64,000 bases of DNA from a bacterium (GTDB taxonomy: Bacteria; Electryoneota; Electryoneia; Electryoneales; Electryoneaceae). Where the stretch lies: positions 2,464,001 through 2,528,000 of the forward strand of contig OY769902.1 in assembly GCA_963669175.1 (NCBI GenBank), in the 5' to 3' direction. The translations under genes were made by a program, and so were the position numbers. Positions 19,657 through 29,014 of the stretch are shown piece after piece. The notes under the pieces were generated by a model that made no database searches, was not told the DNA's origin, and saw only the letters and a program-made list of their open reading frames with translations. The first letter of the stretch is position 1; each line of letters starts with the position of its first letter.

Positions 19657-20319
19657 ATGAGTAAATCCGCTTTTCGCTGGTATATTTTTGATATGGATGG
19701 AACCCTGATGGATTCCAGCTACGCCATTGGTATGGGCGTAATTCATTCGCTGGCGTCTATCGGTATTGATGGAATCGAGGTGGATGATATTCGTCGCTGG
19801 ATCGGACGTCCCCTGCTTGAGATTTACGACTGGTATATCAAGGATCGAGATTCGGACTTTCAGCTTACCGAACAAAGCCTGTCTGATCTGGTAGAAGTGT
19901 ACCGTGAAGGCCATGATGCACATTTCCCTTCCGGAGTGAAAATCTATCCTGGTTCACTGGAAAAGCTTGCTGCTTTACGTGCGGCCGGGTGTGGTCTGGC
20001 TATCGCTACAACGAAATATGAAGAAGCTGCGAAATTTGTGATCGAAGGTATGGGTATGGGGGATGCTCTCGATTCAATCTGTGGGACTGATCCCGGGAAA
20101 CCGGTCAAACCAGATCCATTTGTCATCAACCTGGCGCTGGAACGGTTGGGGGCTGATCCTGCGGAGACGCTGGTGGTAGGAGATACGCAGGCGGATATTC
20201 TTGCCGGGCGTGCGGCTGGATGCAAGGTTGCCGGAGTTACCTATGGATTCGGGAAGCGGGAAGATCTGCTTCAACTGAAGCCCGACTTTCTGTTGGATTC
20301 TGTGACACAAGTGCCATAA
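19657..20319 (+). CDS. HAD-family hydrolase (phosphoglycolate phosphatase/5'-nucleotidase-like)
   Basis: FDMDGTL, ATTK, KPDP and VGDT..DILAG..YGFG. Confidence 0.9.
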   Translation: MSKSAFRWYIFDMDGTLMDSSYAIGMGVIHSLASIGIDGIEVDDIRRWIGRPLLEIYDWYIKDRDSDFQLTEQSLSDLVEVYREGHDAHFPSGVKIYPGSLEKLAALRAAGCGLAIATTKYEEAAKFVIEGMGMGDALDSICGTDPGKPVKPDPFVINLALERLGADPAETLVVGDTQADILAGRAAGCKVAGVTYGFGKREDLLQLKPDFLLDSVTQVP

Positions 20320-20614
20320 ACATCTAGATTTACTTGCGAGTTGGGCGACAATCTTCAAGCCTGCTCTCTAACAGTACTGTAGCATGAGTATCTCTACTAT
20401 ACTCAACGGTCTACTTTCGATAAATTCTCTGTCACACTTGCGATACAGGTGATTAGCCTCTACTTTCGGACCGGGGGATCAGACCGTAGTAATCTCGCAC
20501 TTGCCTTTCTAATTTCCGGTTTCTTGTTTTCATTCCCCTCATCATCGTGAAACATGCGATGAGTATTCCTTTTGAAACCTTGTCAGTGCGCTGATTTTAC
20601 AAGGATGCTGTCAC

Positions 20615-23071
20615 ATGAGAATCCGTCTTGGTTCAGTCCTGTTCCTGCTATTCCTGGCTGGAAATGTTCTTGCGCAACAGGTTGGTTCCCTTCGGATAGG
20701 AATCGTCACGGATGGTCCGCATCCGTTTTCTGATCTGGCTCGCAGGTATATTCAGGAAGAAATTACATCCCTGCTGGATGGAGAATACGAGGTCGAGTTT
20801 CCGGCACGCATGCAGGTGACCTGTGACTGGTCAGCAAATGGGGTGCGAAAAGCGATCATGACGCAGATGGTAGATCCCGAATGTGATATCGTGATTGCTT
20901 CCGGGCCGGTTGCATCGTATATCGGCGCAACTCTCGAAATGTATCCCAAACTGCTTATCGCTCCCTTTGTTTTTAATCCAAACCTGCCTGCCATTCCTTA
21001 TTCAGAAGGAACTTCCGGCAAAGAAAACCTGACCTATATGACCGTTCCCGGCCTGTGGCAGGAAGACTTGCAGGTATTCCACGGTATCACACCATTCACA
21101 AAACTGGCGGTATTGGCGCCCGAAACCATGACGGAAGAGATTCCGCAATGTGGCGAAAATTTTCGTGCGGTTGCGCTTCAGCATGGTATTGAGTTGACAG
21201 CAATCCCGGTTGGTTCGGACCCAAACAGTGTCCTGGAGCAGATCGGCCCGGATATTGAAGCGGTTTATATCGGCTCCCTGTTACCCCTGGATGATGAAGA
21301 CACCCGGTGGTTGATACAGAAACTGATCGAACGTGATCTGCCGACATTTTCGTTGCTTGGCTGGTTTGATGTGCAGCGTGGAGTGCTTGCCGGACGAACC
21401 ACGGATGAATTCCTGGTGCAACGTGCTCGTCGGGTGGCGCTGGATATCATGCGTGTAATGAATGGAGAGAAAGCAGAAGATTTGCCGGTTATTACCAGCA
21501 GTAGCAGTAAACTGGTTATCAACAAAACGACGATGCGAAAGCTGGGTGTTTCACCGGCCTGGGATATTATCGCCGCCGCTGAAATGATCGTGACGGAAAA
21601 GGAAAGCATCGAAAGAAAGTTGTCACTGGCCGATGCCATGCGTGAGGCAGTGGAAGTCAATCCTGATCTCCTGGCGGAACGGCTTGCGGTTGAGAGTGGC
21701 AAGCAGGATGTACGCTTGGCGTGGTCCAACTGGTTGCCGTCGGTAGATCTGTCTGCAACAGGCGCATTTATCGATGAGGATCGAGCTGAGGCCAGCATGG
21801 GACAGGCTGCCGAACGGACATTCAGCGGGGAAGGGCAGGTGAACCAGTTGCTTTTCTCTGAACCGGCCATGGCGAATGTATCCATCCAGAAAAAATTGCA
21901 GGCACAACGGGAATACCATCTGAAACAAGTGAAGCTTGATATCGCCCTGGATGCTGCGGAAGCGTATTTAACACTGCTCCAGACTAAGGCGATGGAACGA
22001 ATCAGCCGTGAGAATCTGCGGGTAAGTCGTGAAAACCTCGAATTGGCGCGTGTGCGTGAAGCCATCGGTTCAGCCAGCGCATCGGAGGTCTATCGTTGGG
22101 AAGCGGAGATCGCCAGCAATACCATTGACGCCATCAATGCCAACAGCCGTAGAAACCTGGCCGAAATGCAACTGAATCGTGTGTTGCGCAGACCGACAGA
22201 AGAAGCCTTTGAAACACTGGAAAAGGACATCAACGACACCATGCTGATCGAAGCAAACAGTCGAGTCCTGAAATATTTTGATGATCCGCTCAGCTTCAAA
22301 TTGCTGAGATCCTACCTCGTGGAAGCCGGGTTGGCGAACTCGCCGGAAATAGCCCAGCTTGACCAGGCCATAGCAGCCCAGAAGAGGCAGCTTAGGTCCA
22401 CAAAGTTCTCGCATTTTGCACCGACGGTCGGCGTGATGCTTTCCGTGGAAAACGTATTTGATCGTTCAGGCGCCGGGACCGGTTCTTCCGCTTCGGGGGA
22501 ATCGTTTGGCAGCATTATGTACGGTCTGAATGAAGTACGAGTGGTAAATGGATTGACACCGGTGATGATGTCCAGCTTCCCGGAAGCGGACGATGTCAAC
22601 ATGACCATCGGCATCAATGTATCCTTGCCCCTGTTTGAGGGTGGGGCCAAGTTCGCTCGCAGGCAGCAGGCTTCTGTGGAAGTGAGCAAACTGGAAATGC
22701 AGCGTCGTTCACTGGCTGACAAGCTGGAGCAGAATATCCGGTCAACACTTCATACTGTTGGCGCTTCCTACGCCAGTATCCGACTCAGCCGTCAGGCTGC
22801 CGAAGCAGCGGATAAATCCTATGCAGTCGTAAGTGATTATTACGCGCAGGGAATGGTTGGGATCATAGAGTTGCTGGATGCGCAGAACATGGCGCTGCAA
22901 GCGGATCTGGCCGCAGCGAACGCTCTTTACCAGTTCCTGCTGGATTTTATGAATATGCAGCGCGCTCTTGGGCAGTTTGAAATCTTCGAAGAACCGGATG
23001 ACATAGATGCCGCATATAATGACATGGATGCCTTTATCGAGAACACCAAGGCCAGCCTTGGCGTACACTAA
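20615..23071 (+). CDS. TolC-family outer membrane protein with an N-terminal ABC substrate-binding-like domain
   Basis: Signal peptide, then a ~300 aa alpha/beta domain ending KLVINKTTMRKLGV (resembling ABC_sub_bind). The TolC-type region follows (LSLADAMREAVEVNPDL, SLPLFEGG, YAQGMVGIIELLDAQ). First gene of the RND operon. Confidence 0.82.
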   Translation: MRIRLGSVLFLLFLAGNVLAQQVGSLRIGIVTDGPHPFSDLARRYIQEEITSLLDGEYEVEFPARMQVTCDWSANGVRKAIMTQMVDPECDIVIASGPVASYIGATLEMYPKLLIAPFVFNPNLPAIPYSEGTSGKENLTYMTVPGLWQEDLQVFHGITPFTKLAVLAPETMTEEIPQCGENFRAVALQHGIELTAIPVGSDPNSVLEQIGPDIEAVYIGSLLPLDDEDTRWLIQKLIERDLPTFSLLGWFDVQRGVLAGRTTDEFLVQRARRVALDIMRVMNGEKAEDLPVITSSSSKLVINKTTMRKLGVSPAWDIIAAAEMIVTEKESIERKLSLADAMREAVEVNPDLLAERLAVESGKQDVRLAWSNWLPSVDLSATGAFIDEDRAEASMGQAAERTFSGEGQVNQLLFSEPAMANVSIQKKLQAQREYHLKQVKLDIALDAAEAYLTLLQTKAMERISRENLRVSRENLELARVREAIGSASASEVYRWEAEIASNTIDAINANSRRNLAEMQLNRVLRRPTEEAFETLEKDINDTMLIEANSRVLKYFDDPLSFKLLRSYLVEAGLANSPEIAQLDQAIAAQKRQLRSTKFSHFAPTVGVMLSVENVFDRSGAGTGSSASGESFGSIMYGLNEVRVVNGLTPVMMSSFPEADDVNMTIGINVSLPLFEGGAKFARRQQASVEVSKLEMQRRSLADKLEQNIRSTLHTVGASYASIRLSRQAAEAADKSYAVVSDYYAQGMVGIIELLDAQNMALQADLAAANALYQFLLDFMNMQRALGQFEIFEEPDDIDAAYNDMDAFIENTKASLGVH

Positions 23072-24207
23072 TGATTGATTTTCAAACACCAACGATTCGG
23101 GGGAGAATAGCCGTGAAACGGATATCGTCAGCTTGGATAGCAGGTGCATTGGCAGGAGTGATATTCTTTTCCTCTTGCTCGAAGGAAGAGGTTGAGACTG
23201 AGCCGTTAATCCGTCCCGTTCGCTATACGGAAGTGATGGTGACCGGCGGCTCACGGCTTCGCACGTTTTCCGGAGTGGCGCATGCCGGTGTTGAGTCGCA
23301 ATTGAGTTTCAAGGTAGCGGGACAAGTCGCCAGGGTAAACGCGCGGGTTGGCGACCAGGTCAAGCGTGGGCAAACCCTGGTCACTCTCGACACCAAGGAC
23401 TACCGTTTGCAGGTACAGGAAGCGGAAGCGGCGCTGGCCCAGGCGCAGGCGCAGTTGCGCAACGCGAAATCGGCTTTCGACCGTACCATGAGCCTGTATG
23501 AAGTGAATAATGCGTCCAAATCGCAGCTTGACCAGGCGCGTGCCGGGTATGAATCGGCCCTGCACCAGGTGGAAAGCATTGAGAAAAGGCTCGAGCTGGC
23601 ACGATTGCAGGTAAACTACTGTACCCTGGAAGCGCCCTCGGATGGTTCGATCAAGGCTGTCAATGTAGAAGCGGACGAGAATCTCAGCCCGGGACAGCCC
23701 GTGGTGATTCTTACTTCCAGTGGACGGCCTGAAGTGAAGGTGACTGTTCCGGAAATGCTGATCAGCCAGGTAAAGCGTGGTAGCTCAGCAAAAGTGAAGT
23801 TTGATGCTGTATCCGGAACAGAGTTTGACGCGACAGTGACCGAAGTCGGCGCGGCCTCAACCGGGTTCGCATCTACATTTCCGGTGACGGTACGTTTAAA
23901 CGCCAACTCAGACAAAATCCGTCCCGGTATGGCCGCGGAAGTATCCTTCCGGTTTGAAACTGCCGGGACACAGGAACGCTTGCTTGTACCGGCTGTGTCG
24001 GTGGGTGAAGATCAGAATGGCCGCTTTGTATACGTACTGGTTCCGGCAGAAGAGGACGGATTCGGCATTTGCAAACGTACAGCGGTGAGTGTCGGGGAGC
24101 TGACGTCTGAAGGGTTGGAAATCACCAGTGGCCTGAAGGAAAATGACCTGGTGGTGACTGCCGGAGTTTCTAAAATCGACGATGGACAAAAGGTCAAGCT
24201 ACTATAA
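23071..24207 (+). CDS. RND efflux periplasmic adaptor (membrane fusion protein)
   Basis: Lipobox FFSSC, LSFKVAGQV..VGDQVKRGQ.L, coiled hairpin, APSDG and RPGM. Confidence 0.93.
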   Translation: MIDFQTPTIRGRIAVKRISSAWIAGALAGVIFFSSCSKEEVETEPLIRPVRYTEVMVTGGSRLRTFSGVAHAGVESQLSFKVAGQVARVNARVGDQVKRGQTLVTLDTKDYRLQVQEAEAALAQAQAQLRNAKSAFDRTMSLYEVNNASKSQLDQARAGYESALHQVESIEKRLELARLQVNYCTLEAPSDGSIKAVNVEADENLSPGQPVVILTSSGRPEVKVTVPEMLISQVKRGSSAKVKFDAVSGTEFDATVTEVGAASTGFASTFPVTVRLNANSDKIRPGMAAEVSFRFETAGTQERLLVPAVSVGEDQNGRFVYVLVPAEEDGFGICKRTAVSVGELTSEGLEITSGLKENDLVVTAGVSKIDDGQKVKLL

Positions 24208-24220
24208 GGAGGGCAGGACC

Positions 24221-27200
24221 ATGTCCATCACACGTGCTGCTATAGAAAAAAGCAGGGTAAGTATCGTAGCGCTGCTGATTGTCCTGTTCGGTGGTGTGAT
24301 CTCTTATATTAGAATGCCACAACGTGAAGACCCCGGCTTTACGATCCGAGTTGCCGTGGTAACCACACGCCTTCCCGGCGCCAGCCCGGAACGAATGGAA
24401 GAATTAGTTACCGATCCCATCGAAGCGGTAGTGCAACAGATCCCCGAGTTGGATTTTGTCTCTTCCACTTCCATGACCGGCATTTCATTCGTCTATGTCA
24501 ACATTAAGGAAAGCTATTCCAACATGCGTCCCATCTGGGACAATCTCCGCCGCAAAATTGATGGCATGAGGGAGGAACTACCTTCCGGGGTAATCGGGCC
24601 GGATGTGGACGATGAATTCGGGGATGTTTTTGGCATCCAGATCGCCATGACCGGGGAAGGGTATTCCTATAGCGAACTGGATGAAGTGGCCAAAGATGTT
24701 CGCGATGAACTGCTGAAGTTGCGAGATGTTGCCAAGGTCGATATTTATGGAGTTCAGGCGGAAAGAGTTTTCATCGAGTATAACAATGCTCGCCTGGCCC
24801 AACTGGGAATCTCGCCCGGACAACTTCAGAACATGCTGGCCAGCCAGAATATCATCAGCCCGGGTGGCAAGGTTACTACTGGTCGCGAACGTATCATCCT
24901 GGAACCAACCGGTAACTTCGAGACCATTGAAGAAATTCAGCGGATGGTGATTGCGTTACCGCAAACCGGGGATATGGTCTACCTGGGTGATATTGCCAAT
25001 GTATATCGTGGCTATATCGATCCTCCTGAATCAAAAATGCGCGCCGGTGGGCATCAGTGTCTTGGACTGGGCGTTTGCCTTCGTGACGGTGGCAGTATCA
25101 TTCGGCTCGGTGAAGAAGTCAAGGCGACATTGCGATTCCTGGAAACTCAATATCCTATCGGGATCGAGTTTGATATTTTCTATTTTGAGCCGAAGGAAGT
25201 AGAAAACAGTGTAAACGATTTTCTCAGCAACCTGATCCAGGCCATTGTACTGGTGATCCTGGTGATGCTGCTGTTCCTTGGGTGGCGGACCGGGCTGGTT
25301 GTCGCTTCGTTGATCCCCATGGCCATGTTGCTTTCCTTTATGATTATGAACATGGTTGGGATCACACTGAACATGATCTCCCTGGCGGCCTTGATCATCG
25401 CCCTGGGATTGCTGGTCGATAACGCCATCGTGGTCAGTGAATCCATTATGGTCAAGATGGAGCAGGGGATACCGGCTGTTGAAGCGGCTGTGGATAGCGC
25501 CAAAGAGTTACGTATACCCTTGCTGACATCATCCCTGACAACGGCAGTAGCCTTCTTGCCGATTTATCTCGCAGATTCACAGGTCGGTGAATACACTGCC
25601 GACTTGTTCAAGGTTGTCACCATTGCCCTGCTGTCTTCGTGGATCCTGGCCATGACCATGATTCCGTTATTTGCAGTGGCCATGATCCGTGTAAACAAGA
25701 AGAAGAAAGACAGGTCACAGGAAGATGTTTTTGATACTCGATTCTATCGTGGGTATCGTGGCATGATCATGTTCATGCTGAAGCACCGTGCGCTTAGTCT
25801 TATTGGAATTATCATCATCTTCTTCGCTTCAACGCAGTTGACTCGCGTTATCCCGGCCATGTTTTTTCCTTCGACGGACAAGGGCTTTATTCGAGCTACG
25901 CTGGAGATGCCGGTTGGGACTCCCATTGAGATCACCGAGCAGATTGCAACAGATCTGGAACAGTACATGGTCGACAGCCTGTTAGTCAACGACGATCGTG
26001 AAGAAGGATTAATCAACTGGGCCTGCTGGATCGGTGATAAGGGGCCACGCTATACCCTGGGTGCAGATGCCGGTGGCAGGATGGAGCATGTTGCCAAGTT
26101 TATCATCAACACGACCACTCGTGAGTCTGCGGACAATGCGATAGAGCGAATGGAAGCTTATTTATGGGACAGGTATCCCGATCTGAAAGCAAAGGTCAAG
26201 CCGCTAGATTATGGGCCGCCAGTTGATTCACCCATTGAGATTCGCTTGTACGGAAAGGACTATGATGATCTTTTCCAGATCGTAGCCCGGATCAAGCATC
26301 ATTTGAAGGGCATGTCCGGAACCCGTAATGTTGAGGATAACTGGGGACCGCAGGTAAAGAAACTCATGGTTCATATTGACCAGCCTCGGGCCAAACGCGC
26401 CGGTGTATCCAGCCAGGATATCGCGCTTAGCCTGAACACATATCTCAGTGGTTTCCAGGTCAGTGAATTTCGTGAGGATGAAGACGCTCTGCCGGTAATC
26501 ATGCGTGCGGAACAGACAGATCGTGAAGATATCAGCAAACTGGAAACGCTGGATGTATTCGCGCAGGCATCCGGCAGGACAGTACCGCTTAAACAGGTGG
26601 CTGATATACAAGTGACCTGGCAACCTTCACAGATTTTACGGCGTGATCGCAACCTGGCAGTAAGTGTTACCTCGGATGTATTGCCCGGTGTTTCGGAAAT
26701 GGACCTGGTGACAACGGAGATTCTGCCCTGGCTTGAAGAAGAGTCGAAAAATTGGCCTTTGGGGTACACGTATGAACTGGGTGGCGCGAACGAGGCCAGT
26801 GATGAAGCGAATGCGTCTATCGCGGCTCAATTGCCCTTGGCATTTGGACTCATGGTGTTATTGCTGGTGGCGCAGTTTAACAGTTTCCGGAAACCGTTGA
26901 TCATCCTGCTAACCATACCGCTTGCCCTGATCGGTGTTTTTATCGGCTTGGCGATCATGCGTGGTATCCTGGGGTTCATGACCTTCCTTGGGATCATTTC
27001 GCTGGCTGGAATTGTTATTAATAACGCTATTGTGCTGATTGACCGGATAGATATTGAGCGGGATGAGAACAAGCTGGAAGCGGCACGGGCTGTGATTGAG
27101 GCGGCGCAGCAACGGTTGCGTCCGATTCTGCTGACAACTGCGACAACAATCTGCGGTTTGATACCCCTGTATCTGTTTGGCGGGCCGATGTGGGAATCCA

Positions 27201-27313
27201 TGGCTATCGCGATCATGTGGGGATTGATCTTCGCCACATTCCTGACGCTGGGCGTTGTGCCGATCCTGTATTCGCTGTTCTATAAAGTCAGCTTCAAGAA
27301 GTTCCAGTATTGA
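24221..27313 (+). CDS. RND efflux permease (AcrB/AcrD/AcrF family)
   Basis: About 1030 aa; PGASPE, GLLVDNAIVV, GIVINNAIVL and RLRPILLT; RBS AGGAGG. Confidence 0.95.
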   Translation: MSITRAAIEKSRVSIVALLIVLFGGVISYIRMPQREDPGFTIRVAVVTTRLPGASPERMEELVTDPIEAVVQQIPELDFVSSTSMTGISFVYVNIKESYSNMRPIWDNLRRKIDGMREELPSGVIGPDVDDEFGDVFGIQIAMTGEGYSYSELDEVAKDVRDELLKLRDVAKVDIYGVQAERVFIEYNNARLAQLGISPGQLQNMLASQNIISPGGKVTTGRERIILEPTGNFETIEEIQRMVIALPQTGDMVYLGDIANVYRGYIDPPESKMRAGGHQCLGLGVCLRDGGSIIRLGEEVKATLRFLETQYPIGIEFDIFYFEPKEVENSVNDFLSNLIQAIVLVILVMLLFLGWRTGLVVASLIPMAMLLSFMIMNMVGITLNMISLAALIIALGLLVDNAIVVSESIMVKMEQGIPAVEAAVDSAKELRIPLLTSSLTTAVAFLPIYLADSQVGEYTADLFKVVTIALLSSWILAMTMIPLFAVAMIRVNKKKKDRSQEDVFDTRFYRGYRGMIMFMLKHRALSLIGIIIIFFASTQLTRVIPAMFFPSTDKGFIRATLEMPVGTPIEITEQIATDLEQYMVDSLLVNDDREEGLINWACWIGDKGPRYTLGADAGGRMEHVAKFIINTTTRESADNAIERMEAYLWDRYPDLKAKVKPLDYGPPVDSPIEIRLYGKDYDDLFQIVARIKHHLKGMSGTRNVEDNWGPQVKKLMVHIDQPRAKRAGVSSQDIALSLNTYLSGFQVSEFREDEDALPVIMRAEQTDREDISKLETLDVFAQASGRTVPLKQVADIQVTWQPSQILRRDRNLAVSVTSDVLPGVSEMDLVTTEILPWLEEESKNWPLGYTYELGGANEASDEANASIAAQLPLAFGLMVLLLVAQFNSFRKPLIILLTIPLALIGVFIGLAIMRGILGFMTFLGIISLAGIVINNAIVLIDRIDIERDENKLEAARAVIEAAQQRLRPILLTTATTICGLIPLYLFGGPMWESMAIAIMWGLIFATFLTLGVVPILYSLFYKVSFKKFQY

Positions 27314-27360
27314 GCACCATGGAAGGTTTAGTATAAACCCTGTTTGGCAAGCAAACAGGG

Positions 27361-27508
27361 GCAAATTGCATACAGGGATAAACTGCAAATTGCATACAGG
27401 GATAAATTGCTCTCATCCCAGCGAAGCAAGGTGTCGCAGAATCACTGATGATCTCATCCCAGCGAAGCAAGGTGTCGCAGAATCACTGATGATCTCATCC
27501 CAGCGAAG
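27361..27508. repeat. Tandem duplications: 24-bp unit x2 (27361-27408) and 41-bp unit x2 plus a partial third (27411-27508)
   Basis: GCAAATTGCATACAGGGATAAA(C/T)T twice; TCTCATCCCAGCGAAGCAAGGTGTCGCAGAATCACTGATGA twice. Confidence 0.9.
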
Positions 27509-27644
27509 GCTGGGATCCAGTCATATTGCGACATTACAAGAGGTTAAGTTTTCTCAAGAGGCGCGGCACATTGAGAACCGTCAAAGCGTCCAACTTGTTA
27601 TCTTGTCGATACTTGCCTGGATCCCAGCCTTCGCTGGGATGAGA
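27493..27644. repeat. REP-like doublet with perfect 28-bp terminal inverted repeats
   Basis: TCTCATCCCAGCGAAGGCTGGGATCCAG (27493-27520) and its exact reverse complement (27617-27644). Each arm is itself a hairpin. Confidence 0.9.
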
Positions 27645-27833
27645 GTGTTGTCAATGAGAGTGTTGTCAATGAGAGTGTTGTCAATGAGAGTGTTGTCAAT
27701 GAGAGTGTTGTCAATGAGAGTGTTGTCAATGAGAGTGTTGTCAATGAGAGTGTTGTCAATGAGAGTGTTGTCTATGAGAGTGTTGTCTATGAGAGTGTTG
27801 TCTATGAGAGTGTTGTCTATGAGAGTGTTGTCT
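27639..27833. repeat. 15-bp minisatellite, 13 copies
   Basis: ATGAGAGTGTTGTCA x8 followed by ATGAGAGTGTTGTCT x5. Confidence 0.95.
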
Positions 27834-27917
27834 ATTCTGATACAGACTGCTGTGCTGGGGATGACAGAATAGGACATTATTTTCGAAACTCACCATATCT
27901 TGCATAAGTACATAAAA

Positions 27918-27947
27918 ACGGGGACTGGCCATCAGGCTAGTCCCCGT
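27918..27947 (-). terminator. Probable terminator of the ferritin-like gene
   Basis: ACGGGGACTGGCC-ATCA-GGCTAGTCCCCGT hairpin, preceded on the + strand by an A run (U tail on the - strand). Confidence 0.65.
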
Positions 27948-27979
27948 TCGCTTGTCTACAACTATCGTATCACGAAGGA

Positions 27980-28462
27980 TCAATACTCAACGATGTGACG
28001 CCATTCGGCATCTTCGACCCAGCGATCCGGGTGCTCAATCAGTTCAACCATATTTTCGAGAATCTGGAAATGCTTGTGCTCTTCCGCGGCAATACGCAGC
28101 ATCACTTCCTGTTGCTGCTTGCCCTTCACCTGCTCAGCGCTTTCACGATAGAACTTTTCGCTTTCTTCTTCCAGTTTCATGGCTTTCTTGTACTGGTCAA
28201 CGGTCTGTTCACCAAAATCAACCTTGCCGCCTTCGTCACGGAATTTCTCGAACACATTCTTCATGTCTTTCAGGAAAAGGGTGTCCGGAAGTTCAGCCCG
28301 GCCTTCTTTCATGCCTTCAAAGGTTTTGTAATGCTTTACTTCTTCATCCGCCATCGCGTTAAAAATGGTTTTCACGCCGGAATCGGAAGTCTTTTCGGCC
28401 AATTCACGATAAAAAGCTTCCCCGTCCTTTTCCATCTTCATGGCAAAATCAAAAACATTCAT
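27980..28462 (-). CDS. Ferritin-like/rubrerythrin family protein
   Basis: Duplicated diiron motif (AMKMEKDGEAFY..DEEVKH and AMKLEEESEKFY..EEHKH); RBS GAGGAG. Confidence 0.9.
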   Translation of the reverse strand: MNVFDFAMKMEKDGEAFYRELAEKTSDSGVKTIFNAMADEEVKHYKTFEGMKEGRAELPDTLFLKDMKNVFEKFRDEGGKVDFGEQTVDQYKKAMKLEEESEKFYRESAEQVKGKQQQEVMLRIAAEEHKHFQILENMVELIEHPDRWVEDAEWRHIVEY

Positions 28463-28512
28463 CAGTTTTTCTCCTCGAATTGTCGGGTTAAAAGTATACT
28501 GTTCGATGATCG

Positions 28513-28541
28513 AATGTAGGCGAGGGGAAAAAAGGAGTCAA
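28513..28541 (-). promoter_or_regulatory. Putative sigma70 promoter of the ferritin-like gene
   Basis: Minus strand TTGACT-17 bp-TACATT; palindrome TTCGATGATCGAA (28502-28514) adjoins the -10 element. Confidence 0.55.
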
Positions 28542-28714
28542 GTGAAGCTTTTTACTGTGTGGCTAAAACGAAGTCTCCTCCATTGTTGACGCGGGTCACG
28601 ATGCAGTTGTTATCATCTGGGCATATTCAGCTTACATTTAGTCGTTTTTGGTTACCTGTTCCAGTACGGTTTCTCTTTGACCTGCTTCGTCAACTAAAGA
28701 GGGATACTGGTAAA

Positions 28715-28984
28715 ATGCACGATCGCAGGATATCTACGGCAATTACTTCAGGTGTAGTACTTCTGTTCATTGTGCTTTCTGGTGGCGCCCTTTCATTGTG
28801 CTACCTGCGACATTTCCGAACGACAGGTCTGATAATCGGTTCAATTGTGATCCTGATTGTTGGATTGGCATTTTTTGTAAGGGTAGCTAACTTTTTCCGC
28901 AGAGACTATGAACCTCCTCTTCTCGATGATGAAGAAGAGGAGGAGCGTATAATGCGAGCGCTTCGTGATGAAGAAGAGTGGTAA
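28715..28984 (+). CDS. Small hypothetical membrane protein (2 TM, acidic C-terminal tail)
   Basis: RBS-like GAGGG before the ATG at 28715; two hydrophobic segments followed by DDEEEEE. Confidence 0.6.
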   Translation: MHDRRISTAITSGVVLLFIVLSGGALSLCYLRHFRTTGLIIGSIVILIVGLAFFVRVANFFRRDYEPPLLDDEEEEERIMRALRDEEEW

Positions 28985-29014
28985 AAGCACCTCTGTCATT
29001 CAGAAAGACTTCAC

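Noticed and set aside
27411-27833. Possible CRISPR array
   Set aside because: Units are contiguous tandem copies with no unique spacers, and no cas genes are present.
27255-27877. ORFs with MRVLS or IDNTL repeats
   Set aside because: They are translations of the 15-bp minisatellite and REP arms, with no RBS or other coding signal.
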